This document shows, piece after piece, positions 27,395 through 36,895 of a stretch of DNA of 64,000 nt (position 1 is its first letter; each line of letters starts with the position of its first letter). The DNA lies in contig CACFZK010000003.1 in NCBI GenBank assembly GCA_902570785.1, positions 14,623-78,622 of the forward strand, in the 5' to 3' direction. The stretch is from an uncultured Pelagibacteraceae bacterium (GTDB taxonomy: Bacteria; Pseudomonadota; Alphaproteobacteria; Pelagibacterales; Pelagibacteraceae). Under the pieces are notes generated by a model. That model was not told where the DNA came from and searched no databases. It saw nothing but the letters and a program-made list of their open reading frames with translations. The position numbers and the translations under genes were made by a program.

Positions 27395-28294
27395 ATGAAT
27401 AAAAAATTAAAATTTTCCATCATTTTTAATGCTAACGCAGCAGGTGGAAGAAAATTAAAGCTTATCAACAAAGTAATAGAGCTTCTTAAAATAGATCATT
27501 CGGTAGAGTTATTTAAAACCAGCTCTGAAAAAGATGCTGAAAAAGTTTTTAGTGAATTATCAAAAAATAACACAGATAGAGTCGTAATTGCAGGTGGTGA
27601 TGGTTCAGTATGTTTTGGAATAAATCAGATCATAAATAAGTATAAAGACATTGATAAGCCTATTATCGGTTACATACCTGCAGGAACAGCAAATATACTT
27701 CAGATTGAAACACAAATAGAAAAAAAAGCTAAAGAAATTTACAAAGTACTTGTTTCAGAAAACACCAAAAAAATTAATCTTGCAAAAATTAATGATAAAT
27801 ATTTCTTTCTTATGGCTGGGATTGGTTTTGACTCAGAGATTGTGCATTCAATAGACTCTCAAATTAAAAAATATTTAGGTAAGATAATTTTTGCGCTTAA
27901 AGGTCTGCAACATTTTATATTTCTAAAAAATAAAAAGATGAAAGTTAATGTCGATGGAAAAATAATTAAAGCCGATTGGGTACTTGTAACAAATTCAAAA
28001 TATTATGCAGGACCACACTCTATTACGAAAAAAACAAATATTTTTGATAATAAAGTTATTGCTTATATATTTGAAGATCTTTCAAGAATTAAAATTTTAT
28101 ATTACCTTTGGCTAATATTATCAAAAGGAGATTTAAGTAGAGCAAAAAGTATTATTACTAAAGAGCTTGATAAGTTAGAAATTGATAAACTTGAAAATAA
28201 AGTTCTCTCACAAATAGATGGTGAGGACTTTGGTTTTGAAGACAAATTAATAATTAGAAAAAGTGATAAATCTTTTAACTTGTTAGTACCCTAG
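27395..28294 (+). CDS. DAGK-catalytic-domain lipid kinase (YegS/BmrU family)
   Basis: 299 aa with the GGDGS motif (VIAGGDGSV) and GTANIL, the typical diacylglycerol/sphingosine kinase catalytic domain. Confidence 0.75.
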   Translation: MNKKLKFSIIFNANAAGGRKLKLINKVIELLKIDHSVELFKTSSEKDAEKVFSELSKNNTDRVVIAGGDGSVCFGINQIINKYKDIDKPIIGYIPAGTANILQIETQIEKKAKEIYKVLVSENTKKINLAKINDKYFFLMAGIGFDSEIVHSIDSQIKKYLGKIIFALKGLQHFIFLKNKKMKVNVDGKIIKADWVLVTNSKYYAGPHSITKKTNIFDNKVIAYIFEDLSRIKILYYLWLILSKGDLSRAKSIITKELDKLEIDKLENKVLSQIDGEDFGFEDKLIIRKSDKSFNLLVP

Positions 28295-29235
28295 ACTTTT
28301 GCGAATTCTCCACCTGATCGGTAACGCCACAGCCATTTTTCCATTTCTTTTTCAATATCAGATGGCTTAATGTTTAAATCTTCAAGGGTTAAGTGATCGC
28401 CTGATACTACATTATCTTTTTCAGATAGAATTATGCACTGATCTTTTGTTATTACTGGATCAATTGGCAGTAAGCTTAATAAGGATCCTTGTATTTTTGC
28501 AAGAGTCATTGGTACATCAGCAACTATTCTTTTTTTTCCAATTACTTTCAAAATTAATTTAATCATATCACCAAAGCTGATAACTCTACCGCCGCCCAAT
28601 TCATAAATTTTACCTTCGTTATTTTTCGTCTCTATTGCCTTTAAAATTGCTTTTGCCACATCGTTCACAAAAATTGGTTCAAATTTATAACTGGTGTTAA
28701 CAACTGGTATAACCGGAGACAAACTTAGTTTAGCAAATAAATTTGTAAAATTATCTTCATTTCCTATTACAACACTCGGTCTAATTATTACTGTTTTATC
28801 AAAATTATTTATTGCTTTTTCTTCTCCCAGAAATTTAGATTGTTGGTATTTAGACTTAGAGTCTTTGTTCGCGCCTATTGCTGAAACATGTATAAATTTT
28901 TTTACATCTGATTTTTTACATAACTTTGCAATACTTTCAGGGAGTTCAGCATGAACCGTATTAAATTTTTGTTTTCTGTTTTCAAATAATATGCCGCAAA
29001 GATTTATAACTACGTCTGAGTTTTCAATTGCATTTTTAATCTCATCAAAATTATTTTGACCAAATTTGATTATCTCTATTGCCCCGGGAGGTGCTTGAGT
29101 CTTTAAATACGTTTTTGTAAAGGGATTACGTGTTGGAATAATGCATCTAAAGTTCTTTCTGGTCAAATTTCTGACAAGATAACGTCCTATAAAACCACCA
29201 CCGCCTAGAATTGTTGCTATTGGGTAATTGTTCAT
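28291..29235 (-). CDS. NAD(P)-binding epimerase/dehydratase-fold protein, complex I NDUFA9-like
   Basis: 314 aa with the Rossmann motif GGGGFIGRYL and an atypical-SDR layout common in alphaproteobacteria. Confidence 0.7.
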   Translation of the reverse strand: MNNYPIATILGGGGFIGRYLVRNLTRKNFRCIIPTRNPFTKTYLKTQAPPGAIEIIKFGQNNFDEIKNAIENSDVVINLCGILFENRKQKFNTVHAELPESIAKLCKKSDVKKFIHVSAIGANKDSKSKYQQSKFLGEEKAINNFDKTVIIRPSVVIGNEDNFTNLFAKLSLSPVIPVVNTSYKFEPIFVNDVAKAILKAIETKNNEGKIYELGGGRVISFGDMIKLILKVIGKKRIVADVPMTLAKIQGSLLSLLPIDPVITKDQCIILSEKDNVVSGDHLTLEDLNIKPSDIEKEMEKWLWRYRSGGEFAKV

Positions 29236-29253
29236 GGTAATTAGAATAAGTAT

Positions 29254-29877
29254 ATGAAGATTAATAAATTTTCAAACGATTTGCCTAAAGAAATTGTCTC
29301 ACAGATAAAAGATAGTATTGCTATAGATACTGAAGCTACCGGATTAAAAATACCTGAAAGAGACAAATTAAGTTTAATACAAATTTGTGATGCAAATGGA
29401 GAGGTCTACGTAATTCAGCCTGATAGAAAAACATATAAAGCACCAAATTTAGTCTCGATTTTAGAAAACGATAAAATTTTAAAAATTGGTCACTTTTTAA
29501 GATTTGATAAAAGCGCATTAGAATTTTTCCTTAAGTGCAAAATTAAAAATATTTTTGATACTAAAATTGCTAGTAAAGTTGTTCGAACTTACACAGATCA
29601 ACATGGTCTTAAAAACTTAGTTTTTGAATTTTGTAATAAAAATTTAGATAAAAGAGCTAGTAGCAGCGATTGGAATAAAGATATAAACGAGTTTAGCACC
29701 AAACAATTAGAGTACGCAGCTAACGATGTAATATTTCTTCATAAAATAAAAGCAGAATTAGAAAAAATGCTGATCAGAGAAAAGAGAATGGATTTATATG
29801 AGAGCTGTATTAAGTTTTTAGATACGAGAATTAAATTAGACCAATCTGGATTTAAATTTGATATTTTTGAACATTAA
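29254..29877 (+). CDS. rnd: 3'-5' exonuclease domain protein (short RNase D-like, DEDDy)
   Basis: 207 aa with the DTE motif (IAIDTEATGL), a later block with D, and YAANDV. Confidence 0.7.
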   Translation: MKINKFSNDLPKEIVSQIKDSIAIDTEATGLKIPERDKLSLIQICDANGEVYVIQPDRKTYKAPNLVSILENDKILKIGHFLRFDKSALEFFLKCKIKNIFDTKIASKVVRTYTDQHGLKNLVFEFCNKNLDKRASSSDWNKDINEFSTKQLEYAANDVIFLHKIKAELEKMLIREKRMDLYESCIKFLDTRIKLDQSGFKFDIFEH

Positions 29878-30836
29878 TGAGTAAAAAAAATTACATAAAA
29901 ATTGGAAAAAAATCAGCAGCAGTTCAAATTTCTGAATTGAAAAAAATCAATAAAGTTTTCAACTCATCATTTGCTAAAGCGGTTGATGTGCTTGCAACTT
30001 GTAAAGGTAAAGTAATTTGTGCGGGTGTTGGTAAATCTGGTTTAATAGCAAGAAAAGTATCTGCAACATTATCAAGTATTGGGGTCTCAAGTTTTTTTTG
30101 TGATCCAGGTACAGCAAGACATGGTGACATGGGTCAGATTGAAAAGAAAGATGTCCTTTTAATTTTTTCTTATTCAGGAAATTCAGAAGAACTAGCTGAC
30201 ATGTTGAACTATGCAAATAGATTCTCAATTAAAGTAATTGGTATTGCAAGTTTGAAAGACAGTATTTTATTAAAAGCAAGTGACATAAAATTATTATTAC
30301 CAAAAGTAAAAGAGGCAGATATTTCATCAATTGTTCCAACATCAAGTACAACTATGACTTTGGTATTAGGCGATTCATTGTGTGCTGCAATTCAATACAA
30401 GAAAAAATTTTCTAAAGAGATTTTTAAAAGATATCACAAAGGTGGCAGTCTTGGGAAAAACCTTCTTTTAGTAAAAGATATTATGATCGCCGGTAAGAAA
30501 ATTCCAAGTATTGATAAAAATAAAACTATAGGTGATGCGGTAAAAATTATTAGTGCAAAAAAATTAGGTTTAGTTTTAATCACAAAAAAAAATAAAGTGA
30601 TATCAATTGCTACCGATGGAGATTGCAGACGCGGTTTAACAAAATTTGCAAAAAATGATAAAATTGAAAAAATTGCAACTAGAAATCCTCTTAAAATAAA
30701 TGAGGATACAACTGCATACAAAGCACTTTCTATAATGAATCAAAAAAAAATTACGTCGCTTATTGTTTCATCTAAGTCAGGAAAAATAAAAGGAATTTGT
30801 CATATTCACCATCTTCTCTCTCATGGCATTAAATAA
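29877..30836 (+). CDS. kdsD: Arabinose-5-phosphate isomerase (KpsF/KdsD, SIS + CBS pair)
   Basis: 319 aa with the SIS motif GVGKSGLIARK and tandem C-terminal CBS domains. It precedes lptC-lptB. Confidence 0.85.
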   Translation: MSKKNYIKIGKKSAAVQISELKKINKVFNSSFAKAVDVLATCKGKVICAGVGKSGLIARKVSATLSSIGVSSFFCDPGTARHGDMGQIEKKDVLLIFSYSGNSEELADMLNYANRFSIKVIGIASLKDSILLKASDIKLLLPKVKEADISSIVPTSSTTMTLVLGDSLCAAIQYKKKFSKEIFKRYHKGGSLGKNLLLVKDIMIAGKKIPSIDKNKTIGDAVKIISAKKLGLVLITKKNKVISIATDGDCRRGLTKFAKNDKIEKIATRNPLKINEDTTAYKALSIMNQKKITSLIVSSKSGKIKGICHIHHLLSHGIK

Positions 30837-31425
30837 ATTAAAGATTAAAAAGAAAAGTTTAATACAGATTTCTTTGTTATTTTTTGGATTATTAATAATA
30901 TTTTTTACATATTTTTATGATAGAAACAAAGAACCATTACTTGACCAAACAATTAAAAAAGAAGTTCCAAAAGATGTAGTTGAAAAAGAGGGTTTTAATA
31001 CTTTTGAAAATATTACCTATGAAGGTAAAGACTCAAATAATAATGACTTCATATTAAACGCTGAATATGCAGAGTTTGCTACAAATGAAGCAAATATTAT
31101 TTATATGAAGAAAATAGTTTGTAGGTTTTTCTTTAAAGATGGCACAAATTTAAAAATTTTAAGTGACAAAGGGATTTATGATAATATTACAAATGATATG
31201 GAATTTGAAGAAAATGTTGAAATGTATTATTTAACAAATAAATTATTCTCTGATAAAGCCAACTTTGTGAATTCTGAAAACTATTTTGTCGTTCAGGGAA
31301 ATGTGCTTGGTGAAGGTCCTTTGGGAAATGTTGCTGCTGATAAGCTAAATGTAGATCTCATAGAAAAAAAAATGAGGATTAGTATGTACAATAATGATAA
31401 AGTAAATATAAAGGTAAATTATTGA
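30823..31425 (+). CDS. lptC: LPS export protein LptC-like (membrane anchored)
   Basis: 200 aa with one N-terminal TM and no cleavage site, then a beta-rich OstA-like region. Position is between kdsD and lptB. Confidence 0.55.
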   Translation: MALNKLKIKKKSLIQISLLFFGLLIIFFTYFYDRNKEPLLDQTIKKEVPKDVVEKEGFNTFENITYEGKDSNNNDFILNAEYAEFATNEANIIYMKKIVCRFFFKDGTNLKILSDKGIYDNITNDMEFEENVEMYYLTNKLFSDKANFVNSENYFVVQGNVLGEGPLGNVAADKLNVDLIEKKMRISMYNNDKVNIKVNY

Positions 31426-32198
31426 TGAGTGTTATTAGAGTTAAAAGATTCAGAATTAAAAGTTACAAGAAAAATATTAAACCTTTACTCCTTATGAAAG
31501 GAGTTAATAAAAGCTACGGTTCGCAACTCGTATTAGATAAAATTAATTTAGAAATTATGCCTGCTTCTATAGTTGGTCTACTCGGGCCCAACGGTAGTGG
31601 AAAATCTACAATCTTCAATCTTATTATGGGTATTTTAAAAGTTGATAGCGGAAAAATAATTTATGGTAATAAAGAAATTCAAAATGAGCCTGTTACTTAT
31701 AGAAGTAAATTAGGGATTAGTGTGATGATGCAAGAACGTGCTCTCTTTGATCTTTCAACTGAAGATAACCTATACTCAATTGCAGAAATATTAATTAAAG
31801 AAAAACGTAAACAAAAAGAGGTAGTTGATAGACTCATTGGAGAATTTTCTCTTGATAGCTTGAGAAAACAAAAAGCAAGAAATTTATCAGGTGGCCAACG
31901 CGCGAAGCTCTGTCTTGCAAGAACTTTGATTAACCAACCCAAACTTATTCTTTTAGATGAAGCAACTGCTGGTTTAGACCCTTTAACTGTTCAAGAAGTT
32001 TCTCGCTTAATTTTGCGTTTACAATCTTATCATCACGTATCTTTACTTATTACCTCACATATAGTTGGCGATGTTATGAGAGTGTGCGATAGACTTTATA
32101 TATTAGGTAATCACAAAGTTATAGAAGAAGGCTCACCTCAGAAAGTTTTAAAGAGCGCCGTAGCTCGAGAAATGTACTTCGGTGACTATGAGGGATAA
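31425..32198 (+). CDS. lptB: LPS export ABC transporter ATP-binding protein LptB
   Basis: Walker A GPNGSGKST, LSGGQ, Walker B ILLDEA. The ATG at 31425 overlaps the lptC TGA. There is a basic N-terminal extension of about 20 aa compared with E. coli LptB. Confidence 0.75.
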   Translation: MSVIRVKRFRIKSYKKNIKPLLLMKGVNKSYGSQLVLDKINLEIMPASIVGLLGPNGSGKSTIFNLIMGILKVDSGKIIYGNKEIQNEPVTYRSKLGISVMMQERALFDLSTEDNLYSIAEILIKEKRKQKEVVDRLIGEFSLDSLRKQKARNLSGGQRAKLCLARTLINQPKLILLDEATAGLDPLTVQEVSRLILRLQSYHHVSLLITSHIVGDVMRVCDRLYILGNHKVIEEGSPQKVLKSAVAREMYFGDYEG

Positions 32199-32200
32199 AA

Positions 32201-33532
32201 TTGCAAGTAATTTTTGAAAAAAAAATTAATGAATTTAATAAGTTAATAAATGTTGATCCAGATAAATCTATATCTATAAGAGCGTTTCTTATCAGCTCTA
32301 TAAGTCAAGGAATTTCAAAAGTATCAAATATTCTTCCAAGTGAGGATGTTTTTTCTACAATAAACTCATTAAAAAAATTAAATTGTAAAATTATTAAAAT
32401 TTCTAAAAACGAATATAAGATTTTTGGAAAAGGATTGGGTTCGTTTTATACCACAAAAAAAACTTTATTAGATCTAGGAAATAGTGGAACTGGGCTTCGT
32501 TTAATAAGCTCTATTATTTCAACTACACCAAACATTGAGGTTAATCTGACAGGAGACAAATCATTAAAAAAAAGAAATATGTCAAAACTAATTAATTTAT
32601 TAAATGAATTTGGAGCTGAAACTTATCCTAAAAATAAAGTTTATTTACCATTGAAGTTAAAATCTTCCAATTTTCCGGTTGGGATTAAATTTGTAGCTGG
32701 AACCTCTGCTCAATTAAAAAGTGCAGCTATGTTGGCAGGTTTAAATTCTTTTGGAACAACTACAATTTTTGAAAAGTCGAAAACAAGAGATCATACAGAA
32801 AATATGCTAAAAAAAAATTCTAAAAGTATATTGCTGAAAAATAAAGGAAATATTATAAAAATTTTTGGTAAGAAAACCTTAAATCCATTAAATATAAAAA
32901 TTCCCTCTGATCCATCTTCAGCAGCTTTTTTTGCTGCAATTTGTATCTTAAATAACAAGTCTGAACTTAAGATAAGAAATGTTTGCGTAAATCCAAAAAG
33001 GCTGGGTTTCTATAATATTTTAAAAAAACATGGTGCTAAAATCAAAATTTTAAATAAAAAAAATCAAAATAATGAAACTGTTGGAGATCTATTTATAAAA
33101 AGTGGCAGGATTAAACCTTTAAAAACATCTGCCTCACATTACCTTACGGCGACTGACGAGTATCCTATAATGTTTATAATAGCGGCATTAACAAAAGGAA
33201 TTTCAAAATTTAGAAATATAGGTGGGCTTGTTGAAAAAGAAACTAATAGAATTTTGGAAATGAAAAAGATACTAAAAAAAGTAGGAGTAAAATGTATAGC
33301 AACAAAAGATTCAATGACAATCTTTGGAAGTAGTAATTTTATAAAAACAAAAAAACAAATTACAATCGACTCATTGCATGATCATAGACTAGCAATGGCA
33401 TCCTCTGTTTTAGCACTATGTACTGGTACAAAAATTATCATAAAAGGCTTTGAAACTGTTAACACTTCATCTCCATCATTTTTAAAAATCGTTAAAAAAT
33501 TAGGCGGAAAATATGAAATTAAAAAAAAATAA
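32201..33532 (+). CDS. aroA: 3-phosphoshikimate 1-carboxyvinyltransferase (EPSP synthase)
   Basis: 443 aa with DKSISIRA, LGNSGTGLR and DHRLAMA motifs. There is no early ATG, so a TTG start is implied. Confidence 0.9.
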   Translation: MQVIFEKKINEFNKLINVDPDKSISIRAFLISSISQGISKVSNILPSEDVFSTINSLKKLNCKIIKISKNEYKIFGKGLGSFYTTKKTLLDLGNSGTGLRLISSIISTTPNIEVNLTGDKSLKKRNMSKLINLLNEFGAETYPKNKVYLPLKLKSSNFPVGIKFVAGTSAQLKSAAMLAGLNSFGTTTIFEKSKTRDHTENMLKKNSKSILLKNKGNIIKIFGKKTLNPLNIKIPSDPSSAAFFAAICILNNKSELKIRNVCVNPKRLGFYNILKKHGAKIKILNKKNQNNETVGDLFIKSGRIKPLKTSASHYLTATDEYPIMFIIAALTKGISKFRNIGGLVEKETNRILEMKKILKKVGVKCIATKDSMTIFGSSNFIKTKKQITIDSLHDHRLAMASSVLALCTGTKIIIKGFETVNTSSPSFLKIVKKLGGKYEIKKK

Positions 33533-34175
33533 TAAATTTGTTGTTGCTGCAGATGGTTCGGCTGCAAGTGGCAAGACAACAGGTGCTAGAATAATATCAA
33601 AAAAATATGGATTAAAATTCTTATCTTCCGGTCTTTTATATAGATTCGCCAGCTATCAACTACTTAGAGCAAAGCCCAAAAATAAAATTAAGTTTTTAAA
33701 ATTAAAATTTAAAAACCTTGACTACAATAAAATTACTAAAATTAATCTTCATACATCTAAAATTTCCGAACATACATCTATTATTGCAAAACAAAAAAAG
33801 ATCCGAAATATTTTAAAGAAGTTTCAAAGAGATTTTGCGTCCAAACATAAAAGAGTGTGCATTGAGGGAAGAGATATCGGAACTGTAATTTTACCAAAAG
33901 CAGATTTAAAATTCTTTTTTATATGCAATTTAGATATTGCTGCAAAAAGAAGATTTAAGGAATTAAAGAAAAAAAATAAATTAATAAAATTTAAAAATGT
34001 AAAAAAAGAGCTTAAAAATCGTAATTTGAGAGATATTTCCAGGAAAAACAGCCCTTTACTAAAAAGCCCTGGTGCGGTAATTGTGGACACCGGAAAAACA
34101 AAGAATATTACTATGATGGTTAAGTTAATGAGTAAATTTATGGATAGAAAGATTTTAGAGAAGTATGGAAGTTAA
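33513..34175 (+). CDS. cmk: Cytidylate kinase
   Basis: 220 aa with the P-loop DGSAASGKTT and SSGLLYR. Sits in the conserved aroA-cmk-rpsA order. Confidence 0.85.
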   Translation: MKLKKNNKFVVAADGSAASGKTTGARIISKKYGLKFLSSGLLYRFASYQLLRAKPKNKIKFLKLKFKNLDYNKITKINLHTSKISEHTSIIAKQKKIRNILKKFQRDFASKHKRVCIEGRDIGTVILPKADLKFFFICNLDIAAKRRFKELKKKNKLIKFKNVKKELKNRNLRDISRKNSPLLKSPGAVIVDTGKTKNITMMVKLMSKFMDRKILEKYGS

Positions 34176-35922
34176 AACAGAATCCTCAAAAAACCCCAAT
34201 GCAAAAGAATTTGATGCACTTCTAAAAGAAGACCTAAAAAAAAGAGATTTAAAAGAAGGAAATATCATAAAGGCAACAATTAGTGAAATAGGAAAGAAGT
34301 TTGTCTTTGTAGATCTAAAAGCAAAATCTGAAGGTATAATTCCAATCGAGGAATTTAAAATTTCTAAAGAATTTCAAGATTTGAAAGTTGGCTCAAAAGT
34401 TGATGTCTACTTAGAGAGAATTGAGTCATTTAAAACTGGAGAAATCGTTGTAAGCAGAGAAAAAGCACGAAGAATGAAAACGTGGCGTCTAATGGAAAAG
34501 GCTTTTGAAACTAAAGAAGAGGTTGAAGGTGTAATTACCAATAAGGTAAAGGGCGGCATGGTGGTTAATGTTAATTCGTGTCTGTGTTTTTTGCCAGGAT
34601 CACAAATCTCGACGACGCCTTTGAAAAATTTTGAAATAGATAAATTAATGAATACACCTTTAAAGTTTATCGTGGTTAAGTGTGATAAAGCAAGAGGGAA
34701 CCTTGTAGTTTCAAGAAGAGCAATTCTTGAAAAAAGTAGAAATGAAGGTTTGGAAAAAATTCTATCTAAAATTAAAGAAGGCGATATTATTGAGGGTAAA
34801 TGTAAAGCTATACTAGATTGGGGAGCGTTCATTGATCTAGACGGAGCAGATGGCCTTTGTCATGTGACAGATCTTTCGTACTCAAGAGTTAAAAAAACTT
34901 CTGATCTTTTGTCCGTGGGACAGACAATGAAATTTAAAGTAATTAAGATTGATCCGGATACAAAAAGGATAAGTCTAGGAATTAAGCAGCTTCATTCAGA
35001 TCCGTATGAAAATTTAGACAAAAAGTACAAAGTAGGTGATATCTGTAATGCTGTGGTTACTAAATGTGTTGAATATGGAGTTTTTGCAAAGATTTCTGAA
35101 AATTTGGAGGGACTGATTCACCAGAGTGAGCTGAGTTTTGTTAAAAAAAATGTTCAACCAAGTAAAATTTTATCACCAAGTCAAGAGATTAAGGTTCGTA
35201 TAATTGAAATTGACACCGCTAAAAGAAGAATATCATTAAGTTACCGACAAACACAAGACAATCCATGGGATGCTTTTGAGAAAAAATCTAAAACTGGATC
35301 AATAGTAAACTGTAAAGTAAATAATATAACAGACTTTGGTTTGTTCGTTTCAATGGAAAATTCAGAATTAACTGGGTTAATTCACTACAAAGATCTCGCA
35401 TGGAATGAGAACGAACAGAATTTAAAAAAATTCAAAAAAAATGACACCCTCAAAGCAAAAATATTAGAGATAGATAAAGAAAAAGAAAAAATAAGATTAG
35501 GAATTAAACAATTAGAAAAGTCACCTTTTGATTATTTCAAAGATGAAAATTTAAAAGTTGGAAGTATAATAACTGTATCTGTAAAAGAAATATTGCCCAA
35601 AAAAGGTATTAAAGTTGTTATTGGTAATAATGAAAATTTAATTACTACGATTAAAAAAAGTGATTTAGCTTTAAATGTTCAAGATCAGCGAGAGACCATA
35701 TTTCAGCCAGGAAATAGATTAGACTGTGCAATAATTGAGCTTAAACCGGAACAATCTAAAATAGTCCTTTCGGTAAAAGAAAAAGAGCGAATTGAAAATG
35801 AGGAAGCAGTTAAAAAATTTGGTAAAGAAGGAAAATCAAGTGGTCAGTCTTTAAAATCAATTTTCGGCAAAGTTCTTGGTTCAAAGAAAAAAGATAAAAA
35901 GAAGGACAAAGAAGATAAATAA
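34165..35922 (+). CDS. rpsA: 30S ribosomal protein S1
   Basis: 585 aa with six S1 (OB) repeats, including the GLIHxSEL-type blocks. Confidence 0.95.
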   Translation: MEVKTESSKNPNAKEFDALLKEDLKKRDLKEGNIIKATISEIGKKFVFVDLKAKSEGIIPIEEFKISKEFQDLKVGSKVDVYLERIESFKTGEIVVSREKARRMKTWRLMEKAFETKEEVEGVITNKVKGGMVVNVNSCLCFLPGSQISTTPLKNFEIDKLMNTPLKFIVVKCDKARGNLVVSRRAILEKSRNEGLEKILSKIKEGDIIEGKCKAILDWGAFIDLDGADGLCHVTDLSYSRVKKTSDLLSVGQTMKFKVIKIDPDTKRISLGIKQLHSDPYENLDKKYKVGDICNAVVTKCVEYGVFAKISENLEGLIHQSELSFVKKNVQPSKILSPSQEIKVRIIEIDTAKRRISLSYRQTQDNPWDAFEKKSKTGSIVNCKVNNITDFGLFVSMENSELTGLIHYKDLAWNENEQNLKKFKKNDTLKAKILEIDKEKEKIRLGIKQLEKSPFDYFKDENLKVGSIITVSVKEILPKKGIKVVIGNNENLITTIKKSDLALNVQDQRETIFQPGNRLDCAIIELKPEQSKIVLSVKEKERIENEEAVKKFGKEGKSSGQSLKSIFGKVLGSKKKDKKKDKEDK

Positions 35923-36218
35923 TGGTGAGATCGGAGATAATTTCAAAATTATCTAAAAGAATTCATCATAAGCTTCGAAGAAAAGATCTCGAAAAGATTT
36001 TTCAAATTGTACTAGATACTATTATTCAGGGAATAGAGAATGATAAAAGTACAGAATTAAGAGATTTTGGTAGATTTTCCGTAAAAGAATTAAAAGATAA
36101 AATTGCAATAAATCCACGTACTGGTGATAAATTTCAATCTTCCAAAAAAAAGTCTGTATCTTTCAAGATGTCTGCGGAGCTAAGAAAAAGAGTAAACGAA
36201 TATAGGTTAAAAAATTGA
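35922..36218 (+). CDS. ihfB: Integration host factor beta subunit (HU/IHF family)
   Basis: 98 aa with a HU-fold signature (FG.F.V......R.G.NP.TG). Located after rpsA. Confidence 0.8.
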   Translation: MVRSEIISKLSKRIHHKLRRKDLEKIFQIVLDTIIQGIENDKSTELRDFGRFSVKELKDKIAINPRTGDKFQSSKKKSVSFKMSAELRKRVNEYRLKN

Positions 36219-36874
36219 AAAAGAATATTTTTGTAGCTTTAGATTTCTCAAATTTCGATAAAGCACTAGATGTTGCTAATCAAGTTAAAAATGATGCCGC
36301 TGGGCTTAAAATCACTAATGAATTATTTGCCGTTTGTGGAAAAGAAGGTCTAAAAAAACTCGCAGGATTTGGTCTTGAAATATTTTTAGATTTGAAAACT
36401 CATGATGTTCCCAATACAGTTAAGAAAACTGTTGCGAGTATTGCTTCATTAGGAACCACCAAATATTTAACTGTTCATACCAGTGGGGGTCTTGATATGC
36501 TAAGAGCAGCCAAAGATGCTGCGGGGAATAGTATAGATTTGTTAGGTGTGACTGTTCTTACTTCGCAATCCGCATCTAAAGAACAGGTTAAACATTTAGC
36601 AGAACTGGGTATAAAATCAGGACTTAGCGGAATAATTGCTTCAGCTCAAGAATATTTATCAATAAGATCTTTGTCAAAAGATTTAAAGATTTTTTGTCCA
36701 GGAATTCGTGGTCTTATGGATAAAAAAGATGATCAAAAAAGAGTTATGAGTTACTCAGAATTTTATAATATTTCAAAAAATGATGACAAAGCATTTGCGG
36801 TAATTGGAAGACCAATCTATGAAAGTGGAGATGCTGGCCAAAACATAAAAAAAATTATACAGTCGGCTAAGTAA
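36215..36874 (+). CDS. pyrF: Orotidine 5'-phosphate decarboxylase
   Basis: 219 aa with the VALDF and LDLKTHDVPNTV catalytic motifs. Confidence 0.85.
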   Translation: MKKNIFVALDFSNFDKALDVANQVKNDAAGLKITNELFAVCGKEGLKKLAGFGLEIFLDLKTHDVPNTVKKTVASIASLGTTKYLTVHTSGGLDMLRAAKDAAGNSIDLLGVTVLTSQSASKEQVKHLAELGIKSGLSGIIASAQEYLSIRSLSKDLKIFCPGIRGLMDKKDDQKRVMSYSEFYNISKNDDKAFAVIGRPIYESGDAGQNIKKIIQSAK

Positions 36875-36895
36875 AATTTAAAACACTATTAAATA

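Noticed and set aside
34407-34832. 141-aa antisense ORF inside rpsA. Similar antisense or nested ORFs occur at 1378-1605, 1780-2109, 3959-4201, 10412-10654, 20048-20332, 28694-28954, 30434-30721, 52609-52899, 59026-59424 and elsewhere.
   Set aside because: All lie entirely within well-supported conserved genes. They have low-complexity or hydrophobic-junk composition and no SD. They are the expected by-product of codon bias in AT-rich DNA.
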